A stretch of DNA of 64,000 nt from Eledone cirrhosa (GCA_964016885.1 OZ024742.1:63302001-63366000), one strand, 5' to 3'. Counted from the stretch's first letter, positions 14,735-28,962 are shown. Numbers and translations are program-made. Notes: generated from the sequence alone by a model not told the origin.

Positions 14735-16690
14735 TTATAGCCCTTAGTAAAGTAAGTCCTCACCGGTATTAGCATTGGACGGATCTACTTTGTTAGAAGA
14801 TAAAAGTCATATTCTTAATCCCTAGAACGAACACTCTGAACGAGTGTCAAATTCTCCGTCTAATGGGAATCATCATATCATCGATTCAATTCCTTTAAGG
14901 CTGACAATTCCTGAATTGAACTTTGGCCAAACAGATACCGAAGTCTTAACAACTATAAATCAGATGGTATTAGGTAAATTGCTTGGTGATAGTGTAATAT
15001 CAATTGAGGTGTAAAAATATGGAGGTAATGTACTTGCGCATAAGCTTTTGCATTTGTTCATTTTGATTTGGAAAATAGTCAGGTTCTTTAGGAATTAAAG
15101 ACTCATCTATCATACACCTTTTTAAACGAAAGGAGAAAAGAACTGTCAACTATCGGGGTATATCATTGCTTTCTGTAGCAGGAAAGATCCTTGCTCGAGT
15201 TGGTCTGAACAGAATAATAACTCACCAAGTAGATTATGTTTCCCAGTGAATCCCAGTGCCTCTTTACGACCGGGCGGAAAACCACAGCCATGATATATTG
15301 CTTATGGCAGGTTGTAGATAAAGTACGGGAGAGATCAGTGACTTATTTATAGTCTTTGTTGACTTAACAAAGGCTTTTGACCCTGTTAATCGCGATGTTT
15401 TGTGGTCAGTGCTGAAGAAGGTTCAGATACCTAATAAGATGCTTAGTATTATAACATCTTTCCATGAAGACATGCAAGCTTCTATTAAGTCAGATGGCGC
15501 TTCACCAGATCTTTTTCGTATAGAAAATGGGACAAAGTAGGAGTGCGTAATGGCCCCTGCTTTGTTCGCTATTTACTTTTCTCTGATGTTAGAATATGCT
15601 TTTAGGGACTTTAATGATGGCGTTTTGTTTGAATTTAGAACATCAGATGGGCTCTTCAATCATAAAAGATTTAAGGCGAAGACCCTTACTAGAACAAAAA
15701 TGCGTTTAGACTTGCTTTTTGCAGATAAGGCGGCTCTAGTAGCTAATTCTTTCTGAGAAGCACACGAAGTCGTAAGCCAGTTTTCTTCTGCAGCAAAAGC
15801 GTTTGGTGTGAAAAGACAGAAATCATATACCAGCCAAAACTATCACCTATTCAAAGAAGAGGCATAATACTACCTAGGCCTCAGTAGAGTGCACCATCCC
15901 GTCAAATTTTTGTGGACAACACGCCTCTAAGGTATGTGAAGTCCTTCCCATACTTAGGAAGTAAAATCAATTCTAGCGCTTCTTTAGGCGATGGATAGTA
16001 AATAGGATCACCAAGGTTAATGATGCATTTGGAAAACTGCGAGCAAGTCTATGGAATGAGAGAGGTTTGAGTTTGCAAACCAAAATCTCAGTTTACTGTG
16101 CAGTTGTAGTCTCAACTATGTTTTATGGGTCTGAATCATGGATACCATATAGAAAACATATTATATAGCTAGATACTTTCCACGAGAGAAGTCTCAGTCT
16201 CAGAAATAACTGCCGTTTTACATAGAAGGATAAGATCTCTAATGAACAATTGTTTCATAAATGTGATATACAAAGCATAGAGGCTTTCTTGATTAAAGTC
16301 TCAATTAAGATAAGCCGGCTATGTTGCTAGGATGAATGATGAAAGACTGGCCAACTTCAAGCGGCAGTGCGAAACGTAGAAAGACCCCCTTGTTAGATAT
16401 AATGATAAGCTGAAGAATAATATCAAGCATATTGGAATATAAATACCAATATTTGAGGCATGTGCTGCTGGGCGTAATAGGTGGAGGAAAACCAGTCAAC
16501 ATGACATCAGGAGCCATGTCAATACAAGGACTGATCACCTAGGGGATCTAAGGCAAGGTGAAAGTCATGCAGTTTATATTCAACGATTTGTGTGTGAAGG
16601 ATGTGATCTGATTTGCAAATACAGGGCAGATTTAGTGTCTTACGGAAGACACAAACATTAAAATGTAGAGGAAAAGGAAAGTAAAATGTT
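14735..16690 (+). mobile_element. Decayed RTE-clade LINE (RT domain and C-terminus)
   Basis: Frameshifted motifs NYRGISLLSVAGKILARV, FVDLTKAFDPVNRD, NGTK*ECVMAPALFAIYFS, DLLFAD, FPYLGS. Confidence 0.88.
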
Positions 16691-16765
16691 TTGGCCCTCA
16701 TGCGTCGAATTTGACGAGAGAGTCCACTATAATATATAATATATAACATGATATAAAATATATAT

Positions 16766-16826
<61 letters not shown>

Positions 16827-16829
<3 letters not shown>

Positions 16830-16902
16830 GGTGTCACCAAAAATGTATACACACTTCAACAACATTCTAATAAATGTGTGTAAATTTGTTTGGGATACCC
16901 TG
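16827..16902. mobile_element. Tiny Tc1/mariner-type MITE inserted in (TA)n
   Basis: TIRs cagggtgtcaccaaaaat / atttgtttgggataccctg, TA on both sides. Confidence 0.65.
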
Positions 16903-17620
16903 TATATATATATATACATATGTGTGTGTGTGTGTGTGTGTGTGTATGCTTGCTATTATCGCGTTTATGACTTCTTTAATAAGTCACTCGGTACTATTTC
17001 GGGTTCATATCGTGAAAAAAAAGTGGGGTAGCGACAATTGGTGTTGAACAGAGCTAGAGAGGATCTTGAACCTTTCGCTCACGGAATTTTAACCCCCTAC
17101 TCCACCCTCACCCGAAAGTGTTTTAAACCTAAAGAAGAAATCTGTAAATTAACATAAATTACATTCTTTGGAATTTAGAAAATTAGACGTTAATTATTTT
17201 CTCGGTACCAAATAACCTATAAGGTCTTATGTAATGCATTTCCCCTACGGTTCTAAAACTGTTCCTCACCCCTAATGTATAGGTTCTTTGATAGGGGGGG
17301 GGGATATTCCAATAGGGTGCACTTACAGATTAAATGAATAGTTAATTAATACTCCACACAAAGACACATGTATATGCATTGAATATACACATACATAAAT
17401 ACATAGAACCATTCCTATACACATACTCATATTTAGTACGACATACATTTACATTGACACCTAAATATTCACACAAAGGCGCAAATATGAATATATATGT
17501 GCGATGTGTGCAGCAAGGGACTGTATTTTAATTGATAATATAATCTCATCTTACATATATATATATATATATCAGTTTGTGATTTGAACTCGGGAATTTA
17601 ATATTCTCCGAGCGAGAAGA

Positions 17621-17704
17621 ACCTTCTGACGAGAATCCCCTTCTCGGTGATGGTCCGCCTGGATTATCCATTTATTTTGAGACTTGAAACCGCGCGGTAA
17701 GGGT
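17621..17704 (+). ncRNA. Type I hammerhead ribozyme with long stem II, in a ~200-bp insert between two (TA)n tracts
   Basis: acctt-CTGACGA-[53 nt]-GAAAC-cgcgcg-GTA-agggt; stem I 5 bp, palindromic stem III accgcgcggt, GUA triplet; stem II base imperfect. Confidence 0.75.
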
Positions 17705-18112
17705 ACATATAGTAAGTTCAGCGACCTTTTTAAAATTTATTTTTAAACTTTTTCTCTATTTGCTAAATCTTGATTTTATATATATATATATATATACGTC
17801 AGACGGTCTGTTTTCTGACCGCTCATGAAATTCACCCAGCTTATGCTGATCGGATAACCATCATGTTGCTTGCGTTTTTTCTACCTTCGGTTTGCTTTTC
17901 CTTCTATGCTGTTTACTTGTCTCACTCGCTTTACGCGATTCACTTGTCCCAATAGGTTATTTTAGTTATTGCTCGCACCAACCTGAGGTATATGATTTTT
18001 AATGCGATGAAATACCAATGATGGTTGGCAAATCACTGATGAGGGACTAATTTTATAATATGTAACCCATGTGCAACCACGCAGTTTTCCTCTTTCTTCC
18101 CATGTTTATATA

Positions 18113-18146
<34 letters not shown>

Positions 18147-18377
18147 GGTGCGCGCATGCGCACGCACACACGTTTCTATAATTATTTTACAATTTGTAAT
18201 TAAATACAACAATTAATTTATTTTAGGTTAAACATTAATTATACAGTTTTCTGGTATTATATTTTATCAAACATATAAACTCTTTGTTCAAAACATGTGC
18301 ACACAGGCTCGCATGCCGTAGGACCTCCGTCTTTTGCGACTTGTTTAAGCAACGATATATATACCCCCCCCCCCCCC

Positions 18378-18408
<31 letters not shown>

Positions 18409-18412
<4 letters not shown>

Positions 18413-19260
18413 GTAATAACAGAAAACAAAAAACAGACAAACGCAGAAGTAAATGTTACAAATGTTATTAGTTTACGCTTGGTGAGAGTAGGGGTAGGTT
18501 GCGACGTTTCGGGCATAAGCCCTTCATCGGGAGAGTGGGGCGGGGAGGAACTCCGAGGAGGTGTGAGGGGAGGGAGGGGGAGTTAGCGAGGAAAATAGAA
18601 ATAAAAATGAATTGAAAATGGAACATGAAGTGGAAAATAAAAGTTATAAAAAAGAGAGAGGGGTGTATGGATCCGGGAGGGCACGGATGTGGTGGTGCGT
18701 GAGGGGTGGGTGAAGGGGGAGAGAGAGGAGGAAGAGATAATGGAGTCCGAGCGGGGATGGCGGAAGGTGAGGTGTGTGTGTGTGTGTGTAGATGTACGTG
18801 TGTATGTGATTGCTTGGATGTAAGTGTGAGTCTGGGGGAGAGCGTTTGTACGTGATTGTGGGTTTTGAAAAACCATCGTGTGTGTTGGATGTAGTGTATA
18901 TCTCTGTGTGTATAGTCCTTGTTATGGTGTAGGTGTGTATGTGTGTGTGCGCGCGCGTGTGGATGGAATGGGTCGGATGGGTTGAGGGGAGGTCGTGCGG
19001 GATCCGGAGGTGGTGTGGGATGGAGTGTGGGTGCATGTGAAGATGTGCACGTGTGTGTGTGTATGTGTGTTTGTGTGGTTAAGAGAGGATGATGTGGGTT
19101 CGTGTGAAATGTATAGTTGCGTGTGTGTGAAAATGGTGAAAGTATCTGTGTGTATCTAAGTTTCTGAATGGACGTTGGTCTGTATGTAAATGGATGGTAC
19201 AGTTCCGAAGGTAAAATCGCGTCGATATCCGAGTGGTAGAGTCCTTGTGGTAGGGTCAGT
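18409..19260 (-). mobile_element. PLE-derived 3' fragment between (TA)n tracts, with minimal hammerhead at 18500-18533
   Basis: Minus strand CCGATGA-agggcttatgccc-GAAAC-GTC (U4C variant of the typical PLE HHR), followed by a T-rich tail ending in (TA)n. Confidence 0.65.
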
Positions 19261-19275
19261 ATAATATATATATAC

Positions 19276-19341
<66 letters not shown>

Positions 19342-19515
19342 GTGTGTGTGTGTTAGGTGTGTAACAATAAGCGACACGCGGTTCGAAGCACTCAATGCTG
19401 TTATGAGGTCCGTTTCGTTTGGCTTGTATTCCAGTGTTACAGCTGTAGTGCGCAGAGTGTAAATAGATTTAAAAGAGTGAAAGTCAGTATTGCAGCATAT
19501 GTATAAACTTTATTT

Positions 19516-19604
19516 GCACATTACAATCGTTTCCATATCGATCAGCTCATGGTACAATCAAGGTGACGGAGCCTGACTCTTTTTCGACATGTCGTCAGAT
19601 ATGC
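19516..19604 (-). ncRNA. Canonical type I hammerhead ribozyme with extended stem II
   Basis: Minus strand gcatat-CTGACGA-catgtcga...tcgatatg-GAAAC-gatt-GTA-atgtgc; stem I 6 bp, stem II base 8 bp, GUA triplet. Confidence 0.82.
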
Positions 19605-20757
19605 GAGCTTATATGCGTCTTTGCTTCAAAACAATTAAAAAGCAGACATGTTTTCATTTTTGTGAGACTTTATGGTGTAATTTCCTAAAGATCTAAGCGT
19701 TATTCGGACACAGGTTTTCAAAGTAGTTCCTATAGATCCATCGGTTAGAATACAATCTTGGCAGATGTGAATAAAGCTTAGAAGTCCACAGGAGGTTAAT
19801 GTCCTAGTTTATATTTACTTATACTTTTATAACGGGAGAATAACAATTTCTAGATCTATTTTAGCTGCCAGATATCGTAAATACATCTAGCTGAACACCT
19901 GATTGGATGTGATGGCTGCTAGTGACATGTCATTTATTTAAACGACCCGTTCAAAACGAATGGATCATAAATGAACCAGCCAGGTTTGACCGAAAAGATC
20001 CACCAAATCCATCCTTCCCATTAAAACATAATTCAGGTATTAAAGGTGTGATAGCATTTATAGTTTACTGATTCTTTTTTCATGTAAGTTGTATTCATAA
20101 AAACACTGGAAAATTAGTTAGGCTTTGTAATTTCATATTCGATTAATTTGTTTGGGCTGAATAGAAATTAAATTTGTTACAAGAGACTCTATCAAATAAA
20201 ATGTCTAAGAAGTTCTAGCTTAGGCCTTCATCAAGCTTTAATCCGGCACTGCATCTAGATATATTTAACATAACGAGATTTCATTCACTATTAAGGAAAA
20301 CTGCATCTCCCATTACTTGTCACAACACGCAATTCATTCTCTCTCGTGTAATTTAGAATTTATTTCTAGCTTGTTCGTCTCTTCCTTATAATGTTTTAAT
20401 CTTGCATTCTTTTATTCTTTAACAGCTTTCAGTCACTGGACTGCGGCCATGCTGTAACACTTTCTTCGAGCGCTTTTGTTGATTATTTCGATGTTATTAC
20501 CTATTTCAATCTGGTATCTATTTTTGTCAATCTCATTTTATCGATTGGCTAAGTTCCATTTTAACATAAAAAGAAACAACTCGGGACATCGATAAACATG
20601 AACACAGACACACACCCATGCACGCACAAAAACAGACATACACACGCACAAATAAACAAAAACACAGACACGCACACATACACACACACGTGTGTGTGTG
20701 AGAGTGTTCTCGTTCGTTGTCTCATTTAATTCATATTACAGTGTGCATATATATATA

Positions 20758-20832
<75 letters not shown>

Positions 20833-22499
20833 TGTAATATGAATTACACAACACAAAGAGAGAGAGAGAACTCAATACAGAGTAAAATGAAGTATATGAT
20901 TTAGTTGTCACCAACGCTGATGTCATAATTCGGAGCCTCATCAAAATATTTATGACAAAGCAAATGATTGCATGGGAGTTTATATAGAACCTCTCATACC
21001 AACCAACCCCTGATAGAGCTGACTTAAGCATATGAAACCAAACTTACCTTTTCTTTAAGACGACAATATATTGGTGACAAAGTAAAGACTAGTATGGGAG
21101 CATATAGGGAACCTCTCACACCACCCCGGATATAACTGATTAAAATCCTATTCCCCCAGATGACAATAGCCTCCAGATACCCAACTTCAAGAAACACCTA
21201 CAGATATTGATCGATTACTACAATCGACTCGATCAAGATCATGTATGCCCAACGATGATCCATAAAGACCATACCTTCCTCTAGGTCTTCACTCCAATAT
21301 TTTTGTTACTGTTGCTTCCCTTAAACATCTGCTATCCCTAGCACTCACATGGCAGTCAGACTATTTGACCAATAGCTGGAGGTTTGTTAAGAGCAAACAT
21401 GTGACCAGGTCTTACGCATGACTGGGAGGGGGAGGGGGTCATTTAATTTAGTTTTCCATCTAGACGGATATTCTGACTACAAATAGAGATCAATTACTCC
21501 CAGTATTCTTAATGTGTGATTGGTCATCAACTCGAGAATGTCTACGTTCCTGCATGCTATCAATGGTTGACACTGTCATAGCTTCATCTGGCATTTTGAG
21601 AGGTTTTATTTCTGTTCTGCTAAGCTTCTAACTAGTCTAGCCTTGTGGTCGTGCCAGTTCAGTCGCCGACGACGAAACATCATACAAGTCGTACTAGATC
21701 ACATGCTACCAGTAGCCATCACGAAGGACCTGACATATAGCAGACGGTTTATACAAAGACTTCATTGGATACTCAATACATGCTACTACACTAATTATTT
21801 CCACAACATCAACTCTGATTGCCTCACCAGCTCCAGCCGACCCCGTCAGTTACTATGAGTATCAAAATGGATGTAGTTAATAGATAGAAAAAGCTTGTAC
21901 ATTTGATGGACATAGGGATCACATGGGTAAGAACCTCAATATTTGATGGATGTAGAGAATAGATCGACAAAACCCACTACGTTTGATGGATGTTGAGAAT
22001 AGATGGACAGAAACCACTACATTTCTTTTATTGGAGTGTATGATCGATGATGGCATGGGAGCAGCTCTAGGTGTTGATGAGGATAGTCTGAACAGACATT
22101 TTCGGAAAACTTTCACGTCAGTGATTATGGTCAATCTCCAAAGATTCTTGACATGACAGTGCTGCAGAGGGGCACAACCAGCTTGAAACAAGCTTTACAG
22201 GTTCGGAAGTTTCAACAGCCGAATCTGTCCGAGATGCATACAAGGCGGCGAAACTGTCAAAGTGTCTGCGCATTACAGGCATATGGGTCAATGTTGAACC
22301 ACTACTATCACGTTAGGACAGATCCAATTGGCAGCTGAGTTTATAATGAAACTTTAACCGTCACCTTCCTTTCGTGAGTAAGGACAGCAAGTCTTCCTCT
22401 GCCTGAAAGCTGTAGTGAAAAAGCTGTATGGTGGACACATCTTAAGAACAGGAAATTTCCTGTCTGGTCAGGCCCTCTTCAACTTCTTCAAATAACACT

Positions 22500-24540
22500 T
22501 AAAGTGAAAGGTCAGTGTAGACTGGAACAGCATCTAAGACGTACGTTGGAACTGTAGCGGAGTAACCAGTGGAAGGAGGAGTACAATAGCTATAAAACCT
22601 AATCAGAAAACTCCAACTGTCTGACAGCTACCGACTAGACTTTCTTAATGCACCAGTGTAGACAGAGCAATCGCATAGGGTCATCTAGATCGTATTTAGA
22701 CAGGTTTTTCATTAGATTAGTAGATAAGGATAGTGTAGGGTATCCACAACTAAAAACGATCACCTATTCAGACCACATATATGTAATCTGCATGGTCGAT
22801 ATAGACAGAACACGTAAACAGACACCCGGTTGCTGGAAGCTTAACGTATCGTTCTCGGCGCGTGAAGCTTACAGAAACCGGATTCGGTCATTAGTTAAGT
22901 GACAGTTGACAGGGAAAATTGCCAACAACAGGTGATGAGACGAGGACAAGAGGGACATTTTAGATAACGTCAGGCCCATAACTCTGCTCAACACAGAGTT
23001 TAAGATTTTGGCCAAGGGGCTAGGAACGTGGTGGCGCATGTCGTAAGAATCTGGTTGGAGAAGCGCAAATGTTCACAATCCCAAACATGACAACCTCTAA
23101 CTCATTCGATACATCATAGAGAGAGAGTGGGGAGTAAACCTGGCTTCGGTGAGGCTCTGATGAATGCGGACCAATCAAAATATTTTAATAGGGTCGACCA
23201 TCTAAACCTAGACGTTGTCCTCAAGGCAGCCAGCTTCGGGCCCGTCTTCAGAGGCTGGATCGCTACATTGCCCAGCAGTATCTGCTTCTTGGTTAAAGTC
23301 AACGGTCACTTATCGGAACTGTTTCAGATCACGTGCTCGGTCCGTCGAGTAGGCCCTCTCTCTTTCCTTCTGTAGTACTGACTCTCGAGCCATCATTGCG
23401 GAAGCTGGAGCTGTTGCAGGGCATCCCGCACGAACCGGGGCGTGGAAGGGCTGAGTCGGCATATGTGGACGACGTTACCATGATGTTGTCGAACACCTCG
23501 GAAATTGAGGGAGTCGGCACCTCATTGGAGGAGTAGGGAAGGTTGACGGGAGTAAAACGAAACCCGGTAAAGTCGGTGGGCTTGCAGCTCGGCACCCGGA
23601 GAGGAAAGTCCATGCCGTTCAACAGCGTCGTCGGGTGCTGAACGGATGGACCGGTAAAGTTGCTCTGGGTCTGGTTCCAACCAGACCTTCAGGTGGATAA
23701 AAATTAGGACGAGGTTTCGATCAGGGCAGCCACTCTCACACAGATATGGACCGAGAGGAAGTTGTCCCTGAAAGGTCAGGTGGAGGTGGCGAACGCGCAC
23801 ATTGTGACCGTCATCCACTACCACTTGAGCATCGTGCCTTGCAACCGGTTCGCGCCTCCCCAAATTGGAACCGCTCCTCTTCAACTTCTTGTGGGTGGGA
23901 CAGGTTCCGTTGGTGAGGCAGTCCATTTGCTTCCAGCACTCTCTGCGCGAAGGGCTGGGCATGCTGTGGCTAATGATACGCAAACATGCGCTGAGGCTGC
24001 GACATCTCCAGATAGTCTGCCTAAACCGTAAATATGTGTGGTTGCCGTTTGTGAGACAGACCTTTCCGCTGCTCGTCTCTTTGACTGAGCTGCAATCTGG
24101 TCGCAATAGCGAAAAAGATTATGTGGTGCACTAGGTTGAAAGAACTGAAGACTGACACTTTTCTCTTCGGTCAATCCCTCATCAATGTTTTCAAGTTTCA
24201 CTTGGAAAGGAAGGTGAGGTCGGAAAGAGAAGTGCTGCTTCCAGTACATTTGCTAAAAGGTGGGTGAATATGGCGAGAATGGCCCGTATGAATGTGTCTA
24301 CACTGAGCATGGTTGATTTGAGGAAGAGGAGAAGGGTGCCCTCCTCGTGTGCCCTCGAAGTGTCGAATGGTTCAGGATTAGTGAGGTACCTGAGTCGCCC
24401 CTGGATGGTTCTTCCCCTATTAGTGAATTTTAAATATATTTTTATTGTTAATTGTTTTTGTTAATTTATTTTTAATCGATTTCTTTGCAAACCCCATGGT
24501 CGCTGTTTGTGTATTGTCCCCTATATGTAGGACTTTGTGG
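22500..24540 (+). mobile_element. Decayed, internally deleted L1/Tx1-clade LINE ORF2
   Basis: APE end SRSYLDRFF..SDH..PGCWKLNVS; RT motifs DNVRPITLLNTEFKILAK, DQSKYFNRVDH, SAYVDDVT; many stops and frameshifts. Confidence 0.8.
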
Positions 24541-24544
24541 CCAG

Positions 24545-24708
24545 TCAAACACCATGCTTTGCAGCATAGAATTGTGGCCCTTTACGTTCTGAGTTCAAAT
24601 CCCGCTGAGGTTAGCTTTAACTTTCACCCTTACTGGGTCGATAAAATAAAGTACCAGTAATGCACTGGTAAATTGCTGGTCTTGTGCCAAATGTAGAAAC
24701 AATTATTA
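24545..24708 (+). mobile_element. tRNA-derived SINE (5'-truncated)
   Basis: Same body as 807-1025. Confidence 0.8.
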
Positions 24709-24714
24709 TTGTTT

Positions 24715-24777
<63 letters not shown>

Positions 24778-25699
24778 CGGTGAACGAGTGCAAAGAGAGG
24801 TGCTGTGACACAACGTGTGAAAGGTCTGAAGGTCACAAGGTCACTTCCTGTGATGCATCGAATTGAAGGTATTTTGGTTCTTAGATCTCCGAACTGTCAA
24901 ATTAACTCTGAAGACAGAAAGGTAAACAAGGGCAAGACAGCAGTAGTAGCAGTAGCAACAGTAATAACAGTATCACCACCACAACCACCACCACCACCAC
25001 CGCAGCCGCTACCATCACCACCACCTCCACCATCGCCGTCTCCACCATCGCTGCCTCCACCACCACCACCACCACCACCACAAATACCACCATCACAACC
25101 ACCAACACCAACAGCACCAAAACCACCACCAACAGCAACAGCAACAGTATCAGCACTAACAACACCAACTCCACCAACATCATCACAAACACCAACAGCA
25201 ACCAACCTTCACCATCACTACAACACACACCACAAAAAGTACCGCCATCACTAACGCTACACCAACCTCACTACCAGCACTACCAACAACAACAACACCA
25301 TCACCTCCACCACCAACAATCACAAGAACAATAAGAACAGTACTATCATCACCACAACCAACAACAACAAGAATAACACTACCCACCATCAAGACTAATC
25401 CCTTATCACCACCAGTAACATTACCAAATATAAAAACAATAACAGAAACGTCAGAGCGTTGGACAAGATACTTGGAAGTATTATTTCTCGCTTACGTTCT
25501 GAGTTCAAATCCCGCTGAGGTCAACTTTGTCTTTCATCCTTCCAGGGCCGATAAAATAAGTAGCAATGTTCTCTACATGGTTCCTGTTTCACCCCCAAAG
25601 CTCGACACTTTCAACAAGTCACTTATACTATAGTTTCTCGGGTTGATTAATATCATGTGAGTGGAATTTGGTTGACAGAAACTGTGCAGAAGCCCGTCG

Positions 25700-26985
25700 T
25701 GCCACGGCCTTCTCACCCCACCACTTCCTTAACACCCCCACCCGGCTTCTTTTCCTCATCACCTACCACCTCACCACTCTACCTCTTCGACGATATATCT
25801 TCCTTTGCTTCCGCACCCTCTCTTCTGACGCCGTCACTTCTCGCTTTTTTCCAAAACCCATTCATCACCATATTTAAGTACCCCCCGTAATCTCCACTAC
25901 CTCCTGGTACGCAGTTCTTTCCCTTACTCTCCTAGGACTACAGTCGGCTCCCGCCCCCGCAGCAACACCTGTCCCTTCATTTCTAATCTCACTACTCGCA
26001 CAGGCACTAACGGTTCTATCCGTATCCGCCACTCATTCACCTGTACATCCACCCACGAACTCTATGCCCTCCGGTGTTCCTTTTGCGAGTCCATATACAT
26101 AAAACAAATAGGCCGGCGCTTTGCGGACCGTTTCGCTGAACACTTGGGGGACATATGAAACGGCATGGATACCCCCGTCGCTCGTCACTTCCGTTCCCCA
26201 GTCCACTCCTCCCTACATGTCTCAGTCTTTTGTATCTTTTTACATCACAGATCACAGGCCTCCCGCATCAGGGCTGACCAGAGTTTTATTTTCCGATTTG
26301 GATCCAGTTTCCTTAATGGACTCAACTCCCTTCCCGAATTTCTTTAATCTTGCACACATACGCTCGCGCTAACTTCTATACCCCTAGCCACTGTCACACA
26401 TACCTTGTCCGCTGTCCAACATGCGTGCGCACATTCACCCCCAAAGTTCCCATGGCTCTGTTCCGGTCAGAAATACACACTCTTACAGTTTGTACAGACC
26501 AACAACAAACACACACGCGCGTACGTGTACATAGCGACGCACTCTCTTAAAATTATATATACACACATATCCTCATAGCTTCGTACATAAAAGCAACAAA
26601 CACACACATGCACACATGCACACATGCACACGCACATGCACATGCACACGTATACGCTCTATATACAAAACGAGTTTTTCCTTTTCAGGTATACGCTTTC
26701 GATCACCGCCACTTAAAACAAGACCAACTGATTTTCTTATACACGAACGCCAGATTCAATAGTTTTCCAAAGGATGACGACTTGAATAGATCTGGGGGAT
26801 TTTTTCTCAAATAATTTTTTTTCGTTTCTGCTACTGCCCACTCTCCTCTAACTTTCTATTTCTTTCTTAATTTTTCAATTTATTTTCTGATGAAGAACTA
26901 GCGTCCGAAATGTTAAGACTCTTTTCCTATTATATCAAGCGTAAAACTGTGTAGTTTACTTTGTTATTTCTGTTTGCCTTTTGCA
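25700..26985 (+). mobile_element. 5'-truncated Penelope-like element: linker + GIY-YIG endonuclease pseudogene, 3' UTR and hammerhead (26883-26918)
   Basis: Translation from 25982: ...HSFTCTSTHELYALRCSFCESIYIKQIGRRFADRFAEHLGDI*NGMDTPVARHF...FIFRFGSSFLNGLN; downstream tttt-CTGATGA-agaactagcgtcc-GAAA-TGTT-aaga. Confidence 0.82.
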
Positions 26986-27007
26986 CACACACACACACAC
27001 ACACACA

Positions 27008-27042
<35 letters not shown>

Positions 27043-27680
27043 GCATTTTATACAAAATCTCTGGCAGGTAGATCCTAATAAAGTAATCTAAAAAGAATAA
27101 CGCAGACCATTCCAATAGATTGATATGGCTACGTTAACAGAACAGTTTTTTCGTTAGACGGTTTCTGTATGGTATAAGAAAAATATAAACACCCGTTAAG
27201 AGAAATGATCCCATTTCTCATTGAACGCCTACGTAGATTTACTAACAAGGTAAATATTTTATATACATGACAAGTTTTATATAAGTGACGAGTCTAAACT
27301 GTCACTAGAAATAGCAGTCAATGTGGACCGTCTATCAGCTCACCATATAGGGAGCAGAAAATATCATACATAAGTAAATTTGTCTTGAATATACATAGCA
27401 TCTCAATGAAAAGAGATCGCTAAAAACTCTTATTCTGAGAAGCAAATGCATATAGAACATCTTATACAAAATCACCGATCCTAATAAAGTAATCTAAAAA
27501 GAACACTTCGCAAGCATCTTTCCCTAGGGATCGCAACATCCATGCATCTAAAACACACACACCAACACACATACACATATGAATATATCTGTATCTACAA
27601 GGGTGAGGAAAGGAGTATATTTGGATGTGTGTATGTAAACAGAGTAAACAGAGTAGATAGGGAGGTATGTAGATAGGTAG

Positions 27681-27747
<67 letters not shown>

Positions 27748-27947
27748 GAAAGAGAGAGAGAGAGTAAGAGAGGGATGTGATAGAGAAGTGAGAGAAGGCT
27801 GGAGAAGTCACCTGTTACGTAGAGACGTGGAAAAAATATAGAAACACGAACTGAAAGGACAATAAAGTGGACATCTGCTGTACAGTGTAGCACACACATA
27901 TAACGAAGGGATGTTTTTAGTAAAGTGACAATATATAAATAACGGAA

Positions 27948-28475
27948 GTCACCGAATTTATTTTAGCAACCACCGGCCATAGCTCTCAGCTCAATCAGAT
28001 AACAAGTGTGCAGTTGTTAGGCTGCGTGTTGTATTTTAGAGCGAATACAGTTAGTTAGTTTGTGAGATTTATGGTAGTTATCAGGTATTTGTTACATTGA
28101 TCGATCTCCGGGGCGGAATTCCGTTTCATTGTAATCTTCCGCCAGTAACAGCTATTAAATGCATTATATGCAGAGGATTGCGTAATATTGGCGAATGTTA
28201 CGCAATCGGACTAATTACAACTCATCAGCAGGGAACCCATACAATAATATATCGGTCAATAGGATGTTCACGATTAGCCAGTTTGTTAACTTCCCGGTTC
28301 TAGCAGTTCCCTACCGTGCTATCACCGAATTTATTTTAGTGACCATCGGCCGTAGCTCACAGCTCAATGAGACAACAAGCGTGCAGTTGATAGGCTGCAC
28401 GCTGCAACCTATCAGAGCGAACACAATTAGTCTTTTAGTGAGTTTTATAGCAGTGTTCAGGTGTTGGTTACACTG
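27948..28475. repeat. ~150-bp imperfect direct repeat (about 27948-28098 and 28322-28475)
   Basis: tcaccgaatttattttag...cagctcaat...ggt-tt-gttaca present twice, offset ~374 bp. Confidence 0.7.
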
Positions 28476-28648
28476 ATAATTAAAAAAACGTTAACAGAAA
28501 GTACTTTAAATTTCACCTAAAGGAGATTGGCACTATGCAAATACATATCTAAACTTTAAACGATTTTGCCGTCATATATATATATATATATATCAATAAA
28601 GGATCTGAGGCCATATTCATATTCATATATATTAAGCCAAGCTTCCGT

Positions 28649-28696
28649 CTCATTACTCTGAAGTTTCTCTTGAGTACCCACAGGATCATCATTGAG
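28649..28696 (-). ncRNA. Hammerhead-like motif (C3A variant) in a (TA)n-flanked insert
   Basis: Minus strand ctca-ATGATGA-tcctgtgggtactcaaga-GAAAC-ttcaga-GTA-atgag. Confidence 0.5.
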
Positions 28697-28902
28697 TACT
28701 CATTCTTGTTCTTTAGACCGTCATTACTAAATGCATATATATATACTGGTATCTACCTGTCTATGGTAGAGCCAATAACATCGTTAGAACTCCATGTAAT
28801 CCAGAAGTAATAATTCCAACGTGATCAGGTGATGAGGTTTATCGTTTCGTAGTAGGCTTTCATCATATTCGATTCTGTTGAGCATTCAAACGAGCTACAG
28901 CG

Positions 28903-28962
<60 letters not shown>

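Noticed and set aside
18030-18085. CTGATGA-ggg...ccc as a hammerhead
   Set aside because: No GAAA or NUH downstream; at best a deleted remnant
24805-25392. Proline/threonine-rich ORF resembling extensin or mucin
   Set aside because: Degenerate CCA/ACA triplet repeat between SINEs; no splice or domain support
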